A DNA stretch of 62,932 bases, filler included, from Platydemus manokwari (Eukaryota): the NCBI GenBank assembly GCA_037951405.1. It is 6 parts of 6 records of this genome, joined end to end, with 100 filler letters (N's around TTAATTAATTAA, not from the genome) between each part and the next. Parts side by side here need not be neighbours in the genome. Positions count along the whole stretch, not along the records: positions 19,123 to 30,819 come from JBBMOY010435555.1; positions 30,920 to 42,619 come from JBBMOY010418888.1; 4 more parts are not named here. One strand, written 5' to 3'. Below the pieces are notes generated by a model. It was not told where the DNA came from, made no database searches, and was given only the letters and a program-made list of their open reading frames with translations. Positions 26,863-40,606 of the stretch are shown here, piece after piece (positions within the stretch are counted from its first letter, which is position 1; each line of letters begins with the position of its first letter). The translations under genes were made by a program, and so were the position numbers.

Positions 26863-29800
26863 CAAGAAAGTGATGAGGAGATTAAGAAAATTAAAATAAA
26901 ACTAAAAATCCGAAAATACAATATAAATTCGAAGAATTTACAGCAAAAGGATTCTGAATCCAATTATTTTCATGTTGCTTATGTAATAACATGACTAACC
27001 ATTGGGTAGATATAAAAACTAAATTATTATTTGAGATAAACTAAACAGGACACAGAAGTTAGGATTTTCCCGATATCGGGCTCATCAAATAATTGTTGAA
27101 GTTCAAAAGAATCAGAGGTTGTAATTTATATTTCACTAAAACATACAATCAATACCTACTAAATGATTCTCAAATTCTACAAAATACTTCATAAATCAGT
27201 ACATATAATTGGCTCAATAGGCGGTTTGCACCTGGCGGTTGGACTTCTTTATATCAGTATTTAACTTGAGACTTGTGTGTAATCTGTGTATCACATTTGA
27301 TTTGACTTTTTATTTCTCCAACCTATTAAATTTAATGATTTCATGTACTCGAGATTGATCAATTCCTAGATGTATATTACTGTATGGTGAATTTCATTTT
27401 TCGATTTAGAATTTTCTATTTAATTGTTTTGTGTTTGGTTGGTTGTTAGGACTGTATGATTATGTAAGCATGCAATTTGGTTAAAATACTAAAGTATAGG
27501 TTCCAAGATGAAAAATCGTTTTTTGTTTGCAAGATTCCATCTTTACTCAACAAATATGAAAATGCTGGATTAATGAACATATCATGAATAAGGGGAGATT
27601 AATCACCCGATGCCTAAAGACGTTTAATGCAAGGGAATCTAAAGTATCGGGCGATTTTTACAAAAAAAACAATCATTTTAGTGGATACTTGTCTGTTCAG
27701 TAAAACGTTCTAGAACTGTGAAATCATTTTTTATATTTCATTTAGAATTTATTAATGGTTTAAATTCGAAAAATAATATTTTCTTCATAAAAATATTCAA
27801 AATAATTTACATTAGTGTTGATGTTATGAGAACTAATTTCCGGAAATAAATAATGAAGTCAGTAAAATAAGAGGAAATGTTTTTAAGATTGTTGCATTAT
27901 TTAATAAATATTTACAAATGCTTCTAAGCTGATTGCAATTTGAATGTAAATTAATGAGATTTATAATTGGCCATTCTGAATACAATCAAATTTAAGTAAG
28001 GTGACATGGTTGTAGAAGCAGAGAAATGGGTTCAATGACTTCTAGATTCTAGAAGACTTGAAAATAACAGGATAATATATAATTATTGATTGAAAAAATA
28101 ATTATATATATGGGCATCTTTACATCAGTGTTTATATTGGAGATTTGTGTGTAATCTGTGTATCACGCCTAATTTGATCTTTTATTTCTCAAGTTCCGAT
28201 TGGATTTATTAACTTTGTGTGCCATTCATCTTCACTCCACAGGTTTCTCTATTTTCATGTGATAAGATCTCGCATAAAATTTCTCCATGTTCATTTCATT
28301 GTAGTAGAGTTAATTATAAATTAACTAAAAACACTCGGATCCTTATCATAGAGAGTCTATTCTTGTATTTACAAGCACTATAGATTTCTCAATTGCATTA
28401 AACCGATCAATTTCATTTATCATGAGTATTTATTCGTGTTTATTTATCTTTATTTTCTTTAATTATTTATATTTATTTTTCAGGTTAACAGTTTATATTT
28501 GATTTTGGAATCACGTTTATATATACCACTAAGTATTAATAAATTTTATAAGACACAAACTTAACTTCGAAAAGGATTTTGATTAAAATTTGGATAATAA
28601 CTACATGGCCCTAACATAACAATATATAATAAATATTCTCTTTTGCTGATTTGAGAAAGATCGACTATGGGCCTACTTTACATGCTGAATTATGCATAAC
28701 AATAGTCTTTCTGTTCATAAAGTCCAACAAACTCAAATAAAAGATAATAAGACTAAAAAATCATTTAATTTTTCAGTAAGATTTTGTATTGTGGTTCCTG
28801 TTCCTAAGTTACCTTTCCAAAATGACGATATACAAGAGTAAAGATTAAAAAAATGCAAATTCAACAATATTCGATATAATACCATCGATTATAATCAATT
28901 ATAAATAATTATAAATAATGATTATAATGATTATAAATAATGATTATAAATAATTATTTAATACAAATGAGAAGTTATAATAATTTATATCTTATAGTGA
29001 TTCTAGATGTTTAAAATTTAGTTCAAACGATTGGGTCTAGCTTCCAAAATTATTGAATAAAATTTTGCTCGAAAATTTTCCGATAATTTAAAAGAAAAAA
29101 CATTGAGTTAAAGATTTGTTAAATTAATATAATAATCCACCCAATATAATAATCACAATATACAATAATCAACAATTGAAACATAAGTCAATAAAATGTT
29201 TTCGGTTAATAATAATAATATTTTAATAGCTAGAAGATTATACAAAAAATCGATCATGAAATTAAAAGTACCCTCAACTGAACAGTAAATGACGTGCCAC
29301 CTAGATAACCGGACAAGTCTCTTTAAAAATGAGTTCTTATTGGATTTTAAAAGATCATCAGACTGAAAGTTAAATTATAAAGATTAATTATTAAGACGAT
29401 AAATAAAAATGGAGACATTTTTGCATAAAAATTTTAACTAATATTTGTAGAAAACATTTGGAATAATTAGCTTAGATATTAGCTTAGATTCACGAATAAC
29501 GAAATCGTACAGTGAATGCTGAAATAAGAAAATTCGTGTAAATAAATTTTTTATAACTTTTTGGAAACAATTTTTGTGTCTATTTGTGGGAATACTATTT
29601 TTTAAGACTAAAAATTGTGGGTAGAATGACTGGATTAACTAGTTTATATGTTATTTCAATTTATTCAATGTATTTCATGCGTCAAGTTGCTATTTTTAGT
29701 AAAAATCTATGTTTAGTATCATGTGTTTTTATTTTTTAGTCTTCTGATGTATCAGTCACAATTTTTAGCTAAGATAGTTATTTATAGTAAATTTTATTGT

Positions 29801-31472
29801 TACTCTATTTTTAGATATGACGTTCTTCCTATTTTCAAATTTTATTTGGATTTTTCTATGACCTTGAAGTCAGTCAATCAATTTATTATTTTGATGTGTT
29901 TATAGAAATTCTAATAAATTTTATGTTCTTGCAATGCTATGTTTATTTTATTTTAATTTCAAAATTTTTTGCAGGTTATTTGATTACTCTGGTGGTTTCC
30001 GACAAAAGTTGAAAATGCATGTTGAACCGGACATTAACTCTTGGTTGGAAAAACTAAATTAACTATCAAGTTAAACAGTGATTATTAAGAAATTCCTGAG
30101 AATATCATTAAATATAAGCAGATGTATCACAATCTATATTACAGCCATGAGGTTAGATAAATTTGTTCATGAATTTTTCATTCAGAAAATGTAAACGATT
30201 ATAACAATTAGAATTAAAATGAACTCAGGAATTTAAGTATTTCATTGAAAAGTTTCAATCTACACTCCCAGAAAGTCTTTGGAACAAGTTGTATAATTTC
30301 CTTGAATATAAAAATATCTGAGGACGATTTAACCAGTCATCTAGAACTAAAAGTCAACACAGAAAATACCAAACTAAATAAAACGCCTAGTTAAATATTA
30401 TAATGAGAAAAATTTTTTAAAATAATGTAAATTAATTTAAATTCAAGTTTCCTGTAGTTAAATTAATGGGGAAAACTATTCAGTAGCGATGTTGTCATTT
30501 CAAAATCAAAACATATATGCAGTAGTGAAGCTTTGATGAGTGGAATCTGTGTTATATATGACGATTATCCGACTTTTACATTGAACAAAATTATTTCATG
30601 TTCATTCTCTGGGGAAAAAGAGTATTGTTTTCAAATTGACCATGTTTTATAATTATAAAATATTATGGCTGCTGATGAATTATGATGATACACAAGCTTT
30701 TGGAATGATTAATATGAATTTCAATCATACTATAAAGGAACAAATTTATTAATATATTTACATATAATTACAATAATATTAACATTATTATTATTATCAT
30801 CGTTATTATTATTATCATCNNNNNNNNNNNNNNNNNNNNNNNNNNNNNNNNNNNNNNNNNNNNTTAATTAATTAANNNNNNNNNNNNNNNNNNNNNNNNN
30901 NNNNNNNNNNNNNNNNNNNCCTATTATTCAGCATATATTCTAATCATATGAATTCAATATTTTGTACAAAAATAATTATTTTATAATTTTTAATGAAAGT
31001 CTTTCAATAATTGATTGGCATCGCGATAAACCACTAGAAAATTGTCTTCCGACTTGATTTGATTTTATAAATTTTACAATTTTAATTGTACGGGACAAAT
31101 TTTTGAAATCCAAACAATAATTTCACTCATCACAACTTCATTTGAAATGTGATCTATTTGACATATTTTTTTCACAAATCCTTTCAATATTTGATGACAA
31201 TTAAATTTCTACTCAAAAACAAATTAATAAAAACCAAAACAATAATTGATTAAAAGCTTTGTTAGTAATAATCTACGAATGAAATATCATAAAACTCATT
31301 TCTAATGTTGGTATCGTTCTGAAATATAAGAGTATTTGTAAACAATTAGAAGAATTCCATATCGAATTAAAAAAATAAATTAATAGAATAAGTCTAAAAT
31401 AATTGATGAAATTAGTAATTTTCATTTTTCATATTGCTCGATCAAATTTTAAAATCAAACTATTGTTATAAC

Positions 31473-32149
31473 CTATACTAGTAGCTACAGTAATTGTGAC
31501 ATCATTGGGGCTCCAAGTACCACATGTGAGTGTGGGCATATCTTCAAAGTGTGAAGAGGAAGGTTGATCATCGGTAATTGTTCTCTGGGAATTGTTGTGT
31601 CTGTTCAGTATTGATGGATTTTGAAAGGTTGATCCACTATTGGTGGGCGGATTGGATTCTATTCTTGGAAAGGTATCGTCAAGAACGGGTCGATATGATT
31701 GTTGCATATTGAAATAACGAGATCGATTTATTGAATCTGCCTGAAAAGATATATATTTAATCGATAAAATTTTCGGAATTTTACAACACAAATATACACA
31801 TTTTCTTTAATGATTACTGAAAATATAAACTCACGTGATAAAAAGTAGATATATCACTGGTTCTTCGATAGTTTCTTGAAACCATAAGTGTATCTTCGGA
31901 ATTATTTCTCAACACATTTTCAAATAAATTCAAATTTGAATTATCGGTATCATTATCCGATCTTGGCAATGGGTGTTGATTTGGTGGGCGAGTTGGTATA
32001 CTGTAACCGGCACTTTGATTAAGTACACTATGCATGTCCATCATACGATGCCACAAGCGATGTCCACTAACCGATCCGACAATTAACAAACCGTCAGTGT
32101 ATCCGATCATTACTTGGTTAGACGATCTTGACCATTTGAATACTTCGAC
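31473..32149 (-). CDS. TULP4: TULP4 (Tubby superfamily, Tusp) homolog: two internal WD40-region exons
   Basis: Exons 32149-31835 and 31740-31473 (GT-AG, phase 0 join). VEVFKWSRSSNQVMIGYTDGLLIVGSVSGHRLW ... LTCGTWSPNDVTITVATSIG matches human TULP4 [33 protein letters not shown] ... ITCGIWTPDDQQVLFGTADG better than WDR35. Flanking exons were not resolved. Confidence 0.82.
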
Positions 32150-32357
32150 CTGATTTAAAAAGACCATAATTGATTATGGTTGTCATTATTATAATCATCA
32201 AATGCACAAATGCGTTCTGCAAGTCATCGCGTGAGAATATTTACCACAGAAAAATCCATAATCCCACTAATTTTATCAAAGGACAATTTCAAAATCAATG
32301 AAAATATACAAAACATTTGATTTAACTAAATGAATGGGCATCTTTAAAAGTTAATCT

Positions 32358-32560
32358 AACTTAAGTCAAGAAAGGGGTCTTTTTAACCAGTTCTCGTATG
32401 AGATAATTTTACAATTTAATTTTAATTAGATCTTTCTCAGATTTCATTAAAAAATACATTTAAATATCTCGGTGACATTGATTGATTAATAATTTCAAAT
32501 GGCTACAAGTACCGTATTGATAACCAATGTGTGAAAAGCGTCTGTAAGGCAACGAATAAA
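32358..32560 (+). mobile_element. TIR end of the GG-terminal family followed by a FLYWCH-like coding relic
   Basis: CTTAAGTCAAGAAAGGGGTCTTTTTAACCAG resembles the family TIR; 32484-32555 translates LIISNGYKYRIDNQCVKSVCKAT, similar to FLYWCH zinc fingers of Mutator-like transposases. Confidence 0.45.
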
Positions 32561-34566
32561 ATTGGTAATTAATAAAATTAATTATTAATAATTGATGATT
32601 GACTCGAGTTCACTTATCATAAATTAACGATACAATAAACTCAAAATGTTGATTTTATATTTATATTGTAATTTTTCCCTCTAAGATTGTGTATAATATA
32701 AATAAGAAGACAGAAAGATATCAATAAATTTTATAACAATAATTTTTTTTAATATGTAGTCTTTGAGATTTTTGACCATCTTGTGATATTTAATGTACTC
32801 ATATAGTACGACTGATAACACACATAGGATATCGAATAACAAAGTTGTTAAACCCAGTTTCTAGTAAGTTTTTAGTAAGGACATCTACTTTAAACAAGTT
32901 CCAGTCCTTTATTTGCTTCCTACATGCAAGTTTAAGTAACCCATCACTTATCTATAATAAAATATTATTAATATATTATCATTATTCTCATTTAAAATCA
33001 CTTAAAAAATAATATATATAGGAAAACTGATTTCACGAGTTACTAGGTTTGAAAATTTTAACATAATAAACCAGTTTTGTAGTTCTTTCTTGTCCTCAAT
33101 ATCAGGTCAAACCACTAAAGAACCATCGCAGAACACTACTTTATTATCACTCAAAACTAAGCCGTAAATATTTCATGATATTGAATTTTTAGTGTTTATA
33201 TCTTATTTCTTTGTGATTCCGTATTATACATTTCGACATAAATATGATTCGTTATGGCCACATATTATTCAAAAATTCTTATAGTAACCAAGTTTTCCCC
33301 AAAATTATAACATGAATATCTTCATATTTTATTTATTTGCTATTTTATTGGAATGAAAATAGAAATTAAAATTTATTCATAACATTAAATAATAGCTTTT
33401 ATAAGCTTGATAAAAATTATCACCATATATTGACTTTGAAAACCAATAAGCTATTGGTTATACACCTTTTAATAAAAAAGAAAAAATTACTTTGAACCAG
33501 ACCCCATTTCTACGCATTGAAAAAAGTTGAATACTGTTTTGCCTCTTTTTAATTTAATTTTTGACACCCAGTATAAACGATGAGAAGCCAAAACTCAAAT
33601 TAAAAACATAGTAACGTGTTATATCATCCAAATACTTCCTACACTATTCTTCAAAGACAAGGAAATAATGTCAGGAAATGTTAAATTAAATTTTCTTTCT
33701 TTCATTTGTTATTTTGAATATGAGATATCATCTTATAATTTCGCTTTATTTACTTTTCTCTTTATTTTTCATTATTTCTTTTACAGAAAATATCGAATTC
33801 CAGTGAAGATGAATATGAAAACATTTACACCAAAATGCTTGAGATTATCATTTCCATTTCGATTTGATATAGATCAAATATAAGATAATTATAAAATCGA
33901 CTTTTTCCAAAGAAAAACAACCGTTTAAAATTTGACTTATTTTTACGTTAAAATGTTGTATTGGTTTTGTATTATTTTTATAATATCAACTACTGATAAA
34001 TAAAAGTAGATGATTTCAAAATAAATCATTCAGTATTAATTGTAACAATAGTGGAGCGAAATATAGATTAAAATCAGATATTATGGATACTATTTCAGAG
34101 TCAATTTTTATTAATTTATTTTGTTGATAAAATGAGAAACATGATAATCTGATTGGTTAGAAATATTAAAAACTTTCTATAAGAATGCTGTCTATTATTT
34201 CCAAGCGAAAATTTTATTCAAATTGAAGTTGATATATTGTTTATGATTGTATTACCTCATTGACACCTGCTATTTGTAGAAGGAAACTGGATGAGATTAT
34301 TCCTGAGCTTTTAATGAAAAAAGTCTTTGTTTTTGAACATATTTTAAAAGTCTGATAGCCCCTAGAATTTCTCTAGGTACGACTTTTGGTGTCTAATATG
34401 AAGTATTATAATTTCGATTAGCATATTAAATATGAATTCTTGATAGATTAATTAAAAACTTCAGAGAAACATATTATCGACTTTTTGAAAGAAATTTTTT
34501 AGCTTAAAACAGATATATTGACAGTATAAATAATTTAAAAATCATTGGGCTTTCATAGGAAATTTC

Positions 34567-35120
34567 GGTTTAAGTTAAGAAAAACGGTCCGTTGACCGAC
34601 TTTCGTAATAATGAATTTAATATAATATTTAATAATTATAATTATTAACTTAATTATATATATATATATATATATACATATATTAGTGATATGTTTTATT
34701 TAAATCGTATAATTCTGTTAATATCTCATTTTTAAGAAGTCTAATAGGGACAAAACGTAGTTTTAAAACAAGTTCCTATTCCAATCACAACACTTCTATA
34801 TAATTATTTGAGTTTTTAAATTTATATTTTTATAATTAGTTAGTTAACCACAGACGTGTTAAATAATATCATTGGTTATTTTTATAAAATAATTATAAAC
34901 ATTGAGAATATCTCGTAATTTGCTTCTAATGTTAAAAGAAAGGGTCCTTGTTAATTTTCAATATTTAATATTTGATTTCAAACAACTCAAATTCTTCTGA
35001 AGTACTTCAATAAAAAATTCAAAATGTTTCTAAAGAATATAATTAAATAACTATATAGGTTTTTGCAAAACACTCAACAATTTTAAAATTTCATTTTAGG
35101 ACCCTTTTTTAACTTTAGCC
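34567..35120. mobile_element. Shorter complete copy of the GG-terminal TIR family, inverted relative to the 20210 copy
   Basis: Begins GGTTTAAGTTAAGAAAAACGGTCC and ends GGACCCTTTTTTAACTTTAGCC; shares the subterminal TTTTGCAAAACACTCAACAATTTTAAAATTTCATTTTAGGACCC sequence. Confidence 0.75.
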
Positions 35121-36874
35121 AAATATTCTAAAAACTTGGAAATCAAAGATTATTGCTCACTAATAATCTGAAAAAATTCAAAGTTTGAAAACATTCGAAA
35201 TCCAACATAATTAAAGATACTTATATTGATATTTACATAATCGGAAGACTGGTCATCTTATTTATCGGTAATCCAACAAAATTTATTTTACTACCAACAT
35301 ATATCTGATAACAGTTCCGTCACTGATTAAGAAACAAATTTGAACTGGCGCGCGATACATGCCCACTTAGACTGACTGTGATTAAAACATAATAAATTTT
35401 TTTTTGATATTTCATTTCTTTGGTTATCAGACAGGCCTGTCTTTCTCGAAAGAAGATTATAATTCGTCATAAATATTTTATCCATTCCAACTATCAGATT
35501 TGTTTGTTGCGTCTTGAAACTTGTAGGAAAAAAACTTAAATGATTTATAGTATGTGTTCATCTCTTTGGATAAATTAACGAATGATATTGGATCAAATTA
35601 TTTGACCAACAATAATTGTGGAGCAATCATCGGTTTTCGAAAAAAATCTCATCGATTTATTAAGCTATAATATTCACAAAAACAATTTTTTCGATTTATT
35701 TATCATTGACCCTTCAATGATATAATTGTTTTATAAATTGAATTTCTAAGTTTCTCCCTTTAGCTCCCTTTATAATTTTCTTTGTGTTTAAATTACAAAT
35801 AAAGTATTCTGACGAACCCGTATCGGAGAATATATATATATATATATATCAAGCAAAAGTATAAATAACAATTTCAGTAACCACATTAGTATAGGGCATA
35901 TTAATTTCTGTAGAAATAATTCTCACATAGCCATTATCCAAAATGTGTTTTATTCCTTCTATCAACGATTTTTGAGGAAAAATTTGAAAATAAAAAACTT
36001 TAATTTTTTGTTCTCTTCCTTAAAAGATGATTGTGACGATAATTCCAAAAATATGCCAGATTTTATGACTCATTCATTTACGGATTTTTCTCATCAAGTT
36101 GCGTGAATTGATGCGAATATATATTTAATTTCAGTTTTTGATTTTAGGTAACTCACTCGATTTTTAAATTTTTCCCATTATTAATAAAATTTATACATGT
36201 TTAGATTTCAATTTTGCCTTTCAAATAAATTATTATCTACAGATATTCTCAAAAGAAGTAAAACTGAAATTCCAATTCACACGATATAAAATCTAGCTAC
36301 AACAATGTAAAAGATCATAGTTAATAACTCATATTGAGAATTACTCAATCCAAAATTACCGAGAATGATATAATGTAAGATCAAGTTATAAGCACGTTTA
36401 TGATATAATTAGTTCGAATGTAAAAATTGTTGGGTATATTCCAAAATCAACCAAAAAGTTTCCAAGAACCGAGGACATAACCCTAAAATGGATCGAGACA
36501 CACACATATCAAATAAACACATCATATTCGTTCTAATATTAATCCATAATTCGTAGTTAAGAATCGAAAGACGCACTTCCACAGAGCTCAGTAAACCCAA
36601 GTATCTGCCAATAGCATAAGAGATACAAGGAAAATTCCAACTAGACTGATCCACTAATAAATTCAGTAAAAGGAAAACAAAGATCCGTGACATCAATCAA
36701 ACATACTCAATAGATCTATAAAAGAGGTTGTAATCCATGAGTAACTGTCAGTCTTGTTTGTTCGGTAACTTGTGTATTATTCTTAACTTTACGTAATTTA
36801 CAGCAAACAATCTTATTGGTTTTTTAGATTCTGTCTTTGACTTTTGGGTGCCGATCCCATCTTGTGTGATAGAC

Positions 36875-37098
36875 CAGGGGTCTCCAAACTTTTTCAGCAA
36901 AGGGCCACGTTGCTGATTTTTTAAAATTTGGAGGGCCAAAACTATGATAGGTTTACAAAAAACTCAAATTAGCCAAAATATTTTTTATTAATTATCCTGT
37001 TATTTTCAAAAGTTTTAATAAATATGTGTATCACTTAATTCTGTCATAATGTTCGTGTTTCATAGTAAGCTTGGCGGGCCATACTTTGGAGACCCCTG
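36875..37098. mobile_element. hAT-type MITE, 224 bp
   Basis: TIRs CAGGGGTCTCCAAA / TTTGGAGACCCCTG (14-bp perfect); internal GGGCC motifs; 8-bp flanks TGATAGAC and GATTAAAC (degenerate TSD with central TA). Confidence 0.85.
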
Positions 37099-37239
37099 GA
37101 TTAAACAATAAGTGACGTAAAATCAAATATTATTGACATAATCCTAATAGGGGTAATTAAACCAATTAATCAATAAAAAACTCTAGCAATTTTATTAAAT
37201 AACATTTTGACTTTCGAGATCTTTAAATATACATCCAAA

Positions 37240-37703
37240 TTATGCATTTATTTCAATATCATCTTTATTAAATAACTCTTCAGCTAAAGCGTACTTACAA
37301 AGTGTTTTATTTCTCTCTATTTTTTCAATTACCCTACCATCGGGAAATACAGCTGATAACTTAAATAGACTGGTATTTGGCTCAAAATCAAAAGTACTAA
37401 AAGTAACAGTTATCATATATAATTTATAATTATACCAAACCATGTTAATAAAGGATATTTTTCATGAAGTATTGATATCACATTTTTTGGAATTTTCGCC
37501 CAAAATTTTTCTAACAAATATTCCAAATACAATTTTATTCAAAATGAAAATTATTTACTAATTGGTTCATCCATCAACTTCTTATAAATTTTCCATACCA
37601 CATCCAAATTATAATCACTATCCACAAAAACAGCACCTGCTATTGATTCAAAAATATCACCCAAGACTTTCACTATAACCTTGTTTTGTTCACTTTTCTT
37701 TAG
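37240..37703 (-). CDS. dicer: Dicer family RNase III, last three exons (end of RNase IIIb plus a divergent dsRBD)
   Basis: Exons 37703-37559, 37510-37441, 37396-37240 with compatible phases. KVLGDIFESIAGAVFVDSDYNLDVVWKIYKKLMDEPIKKFWAKIPKNVISILHE aligns with human DICER1 [54 protein letters not shown]. Ends NKTLCKYALAEELFNKDDIEINA-stop. Confidence 0.88.
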
Positions 37704-38566
37704 CTGCAAACAATAAACTCAAAGTAGTCTTTAAAAAATTGAATTGATAGTATGAGAGAAATTTATATCGTTATGAGTAACTAAATTGAGCGCATTACTC
37801 TTAGAATATGATTTATTTATTATTGAATGAATGTATCCCACGTAGTAATAAATAATAATTAGCTTATTAAATTACGTATCAAACGGTAAAAATGATAGAA
37901 CTTTTAAATACACACACACGTATATATATATATATATATTTGGAAGTATTAAAGTATTGAATGATTTAAAAAATAATATTCTGAACCTGATCATTCATTG
38001 AGTTGCTAATAAATAACTAATAACTTTAAAACATTTTATAAAATTCGTTTGAATACGCTGAACATCGTTAAAACATTGCATTCTTATAAACAGAATGGTT
38101 TCTATACAACAACATTTGAACAACTTAAATAAGTAAGATCGATGGATGATTGAGTCATTCAAATTATCACAATATATTACAAACACCAATCAGAAAATAG
38201 ATTAGATTTGTTATGTCCTTTAATGCCTGTTAATAAAACATCAATGTGAATGCATAAGTCTACGAAAATGCCAATAACGAATCACTGGAGAACTTTTTAT
38301 CAGAAAATGTGAGAGAAGACTATAGAGTTCAGTAAAAATGATATTTCATTCTTTGCAGTGTAAAATTTGGAAGAGGATAACAACATTGTTTATCTAACTG
38401 TCTATTTATCTATAACGATCCGAGGTAAAATTACTACTTTTGGGCACCAAGCTAAATATTTACAATTTTCAGCTAAATACTGTCAATATTATTCGTCGAA
38501 TTATTTCTTTTCTAAAGTACTTGAAGTGAGTTGATTTTAAATGATGCAAGTGTTTTCGATATATAT

Positions 38567-38802
38567 GAGCCCTTGATTATGAAAGTGGTATAAGTCATTT
38601 CAACCTTTCAAAACCAAATTTCCATATAAAAATGGTAATAAATTTCACAATCATATTAAATGCTGATTTACCGGCGCTAATTAATTGTCAAAATATTTCA
38701 TTCCATAAAACACAAATATTTTTTAATTCTTTAACATGCAAATCCCTTAATATTTCCAAACAAGAAATATATGAATTATACCACTTTCATAATCAAGGGC
38801 AC
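38567..38802. mobile_element. MITE with ~30-bp TIRs and an ATAT TSD (Sola-like)
   Basis: GAGCCCTTGATTATGAAAGTGGTATAAGTCAT ... ATGAATTATACCACTTTCATAATCAAGGGCAC, flanked by ATAT on both sides. A 4-bp AWWT TSD and GAG terminus fit the Sola superfamily (inference). Confidence 0.82.
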
Positions 38803-40606
38803 ATATTGCCACGTAAATAAATACCGAATTGAAAATCATGATAAATTGGTTTCGTTCATTACACGTTGGCATTGTTCAGATGAAACTCTAAGAATTTGTC
38901 TTATATATATATATAATTTTACTAATCATCATTACTAATATCATTTTGAGTAATTGCAGTTATTGGCACAAGCATAGTACATTTTACATCTATTGTATAT
39001 TATTGGTCATTTATTCGTTGAAGACCCAATCTAAGTTTTCATTCCGTCAATACTACCTCTTACTTTGACAACCATATTTTGGTCATTTCATTTTGCAGAA
39101 TAAGGTAATTGATTTATTCTAGTGCCTATTTAATAATCGCAACTTAGTTATTCACTCCAATATTTTTGCACAATGAGATTTCGTGACTGTCATCCAAAAT
39201 CATATTTTTTTGATACTAGATAATGCACACCAGAAATCTTATGCATTTTTTTTATTTCTCTGCCATCTTCTGTAGTTCACAAGCACCATTTGACTTCGTT
39301 AAATACAGGCAATTTGATGAGCAGTATCTGGTTACAAACGAAAATCTACTAAATAAACTCATAGATTTAAATTTCTATTTAGACCAAACTGAGCTAATGA
39401 TCAACCTAGATTAAAATAATACCAAAAATATCTCTAAAACGCTATCACAAGAAGCATAGATTCTCGGAAGTTCTTGAAAACAGACATCGAAATGGCGTTT
39501 AATAAACTAAATAAATGTTGAATATAAATGCTATTATCTGAAGTGAAAACTCTACAATACAACAGAGTAGAAATAAAGCAAGGCGGAGAAAGAACGATTT
39601 AGCTAGTGAATTGTAATCATCGTATTGATCGAAAGAAAGAATCATGTGCATCTCACACTTTCATATATGAGTACCTTGATTATCAATGTTTATAGATAAG
39701 TATTTACAGTAAATAATGTGTTCTTTAACATATAAAAATATAACACTAATCGCATTGTTTGTTTTCAATAGAAAATATTATTTAAACAAATCGCACATAG
39801 GATCAACCAATCAATATAGTTGAAACTTTATTGTGATAATCTATAAATCTCACATGAAAACATAGATATTTCTTTGACTATTTATCAATAATAAATAATT
39901 ATATTATTATTAAATGATAATATTTAGTTATCGTGATATAACTAGTTCTGCATGGAATGATAAACATCACATCTGGAGCCCATATACTTATGAAATAAGT
40001 CTTTCCCAAGAAAGGATATCGTTGTCCTTTTTAAAGTAACTAGATCATTATAAATAATTACCATTTATTGAGCCAATATTTGACCAGCAAACAATGCAAA
40101 CACCATTAATTCGATAATCCCGAGAGATGTTCAAATCAGTAATTGTTTCTTTGAATTGTACATAATTGTTACAAATATATTTCTAATTATTGTGGAATTC
40201 ATTGGCTACTAGCTTAGACTAAACTGTAGCTTTTAAACAAAATAATTTGCTAAAATAGCCATATCATATACTATGTTATTATAACATATTCATTGCTTTT
40301 CTGTAACGTCGCAATACTTCATTATATATTTTACTGAAATAATAAATCAATAGAAATAAGGAAATTTTCAAATATATTATGGAAATTGTAGTTAAACGTT
40401 TCAGGTTTCGGATTGTGAAGGCTTAATGAATTTTTTCTTTAAATGAATATTATTTTGATATAAACACATTTCATGTATTCAGAGCTGAATTATTGATATT
40501 TTAGATAGTTGTAGAAGAAAATATTTATCAACCAATCAAAATATAACACAACCACGTATTTCATATATGGATTTAAATCTCATTTCACTTTTATCCAATT
40601 TATTTA

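Noticed and set aside
29270-29363. Possible minus-strand exon SDDLLKSNKNSFLKRLVRLSRWHVIYCSVE as a TULP4 continuation
   Set aside because: It lies across a spacer from TULP4 and shows no recognisable homology.
31473-32149. WDR35/IFT121 as the identity of the WD40 exons
   Set aside because: GSVSG and TCG.W.P.D match TULP4 rather than the GSVDGNRIW / HVTWSADS of WDR35.
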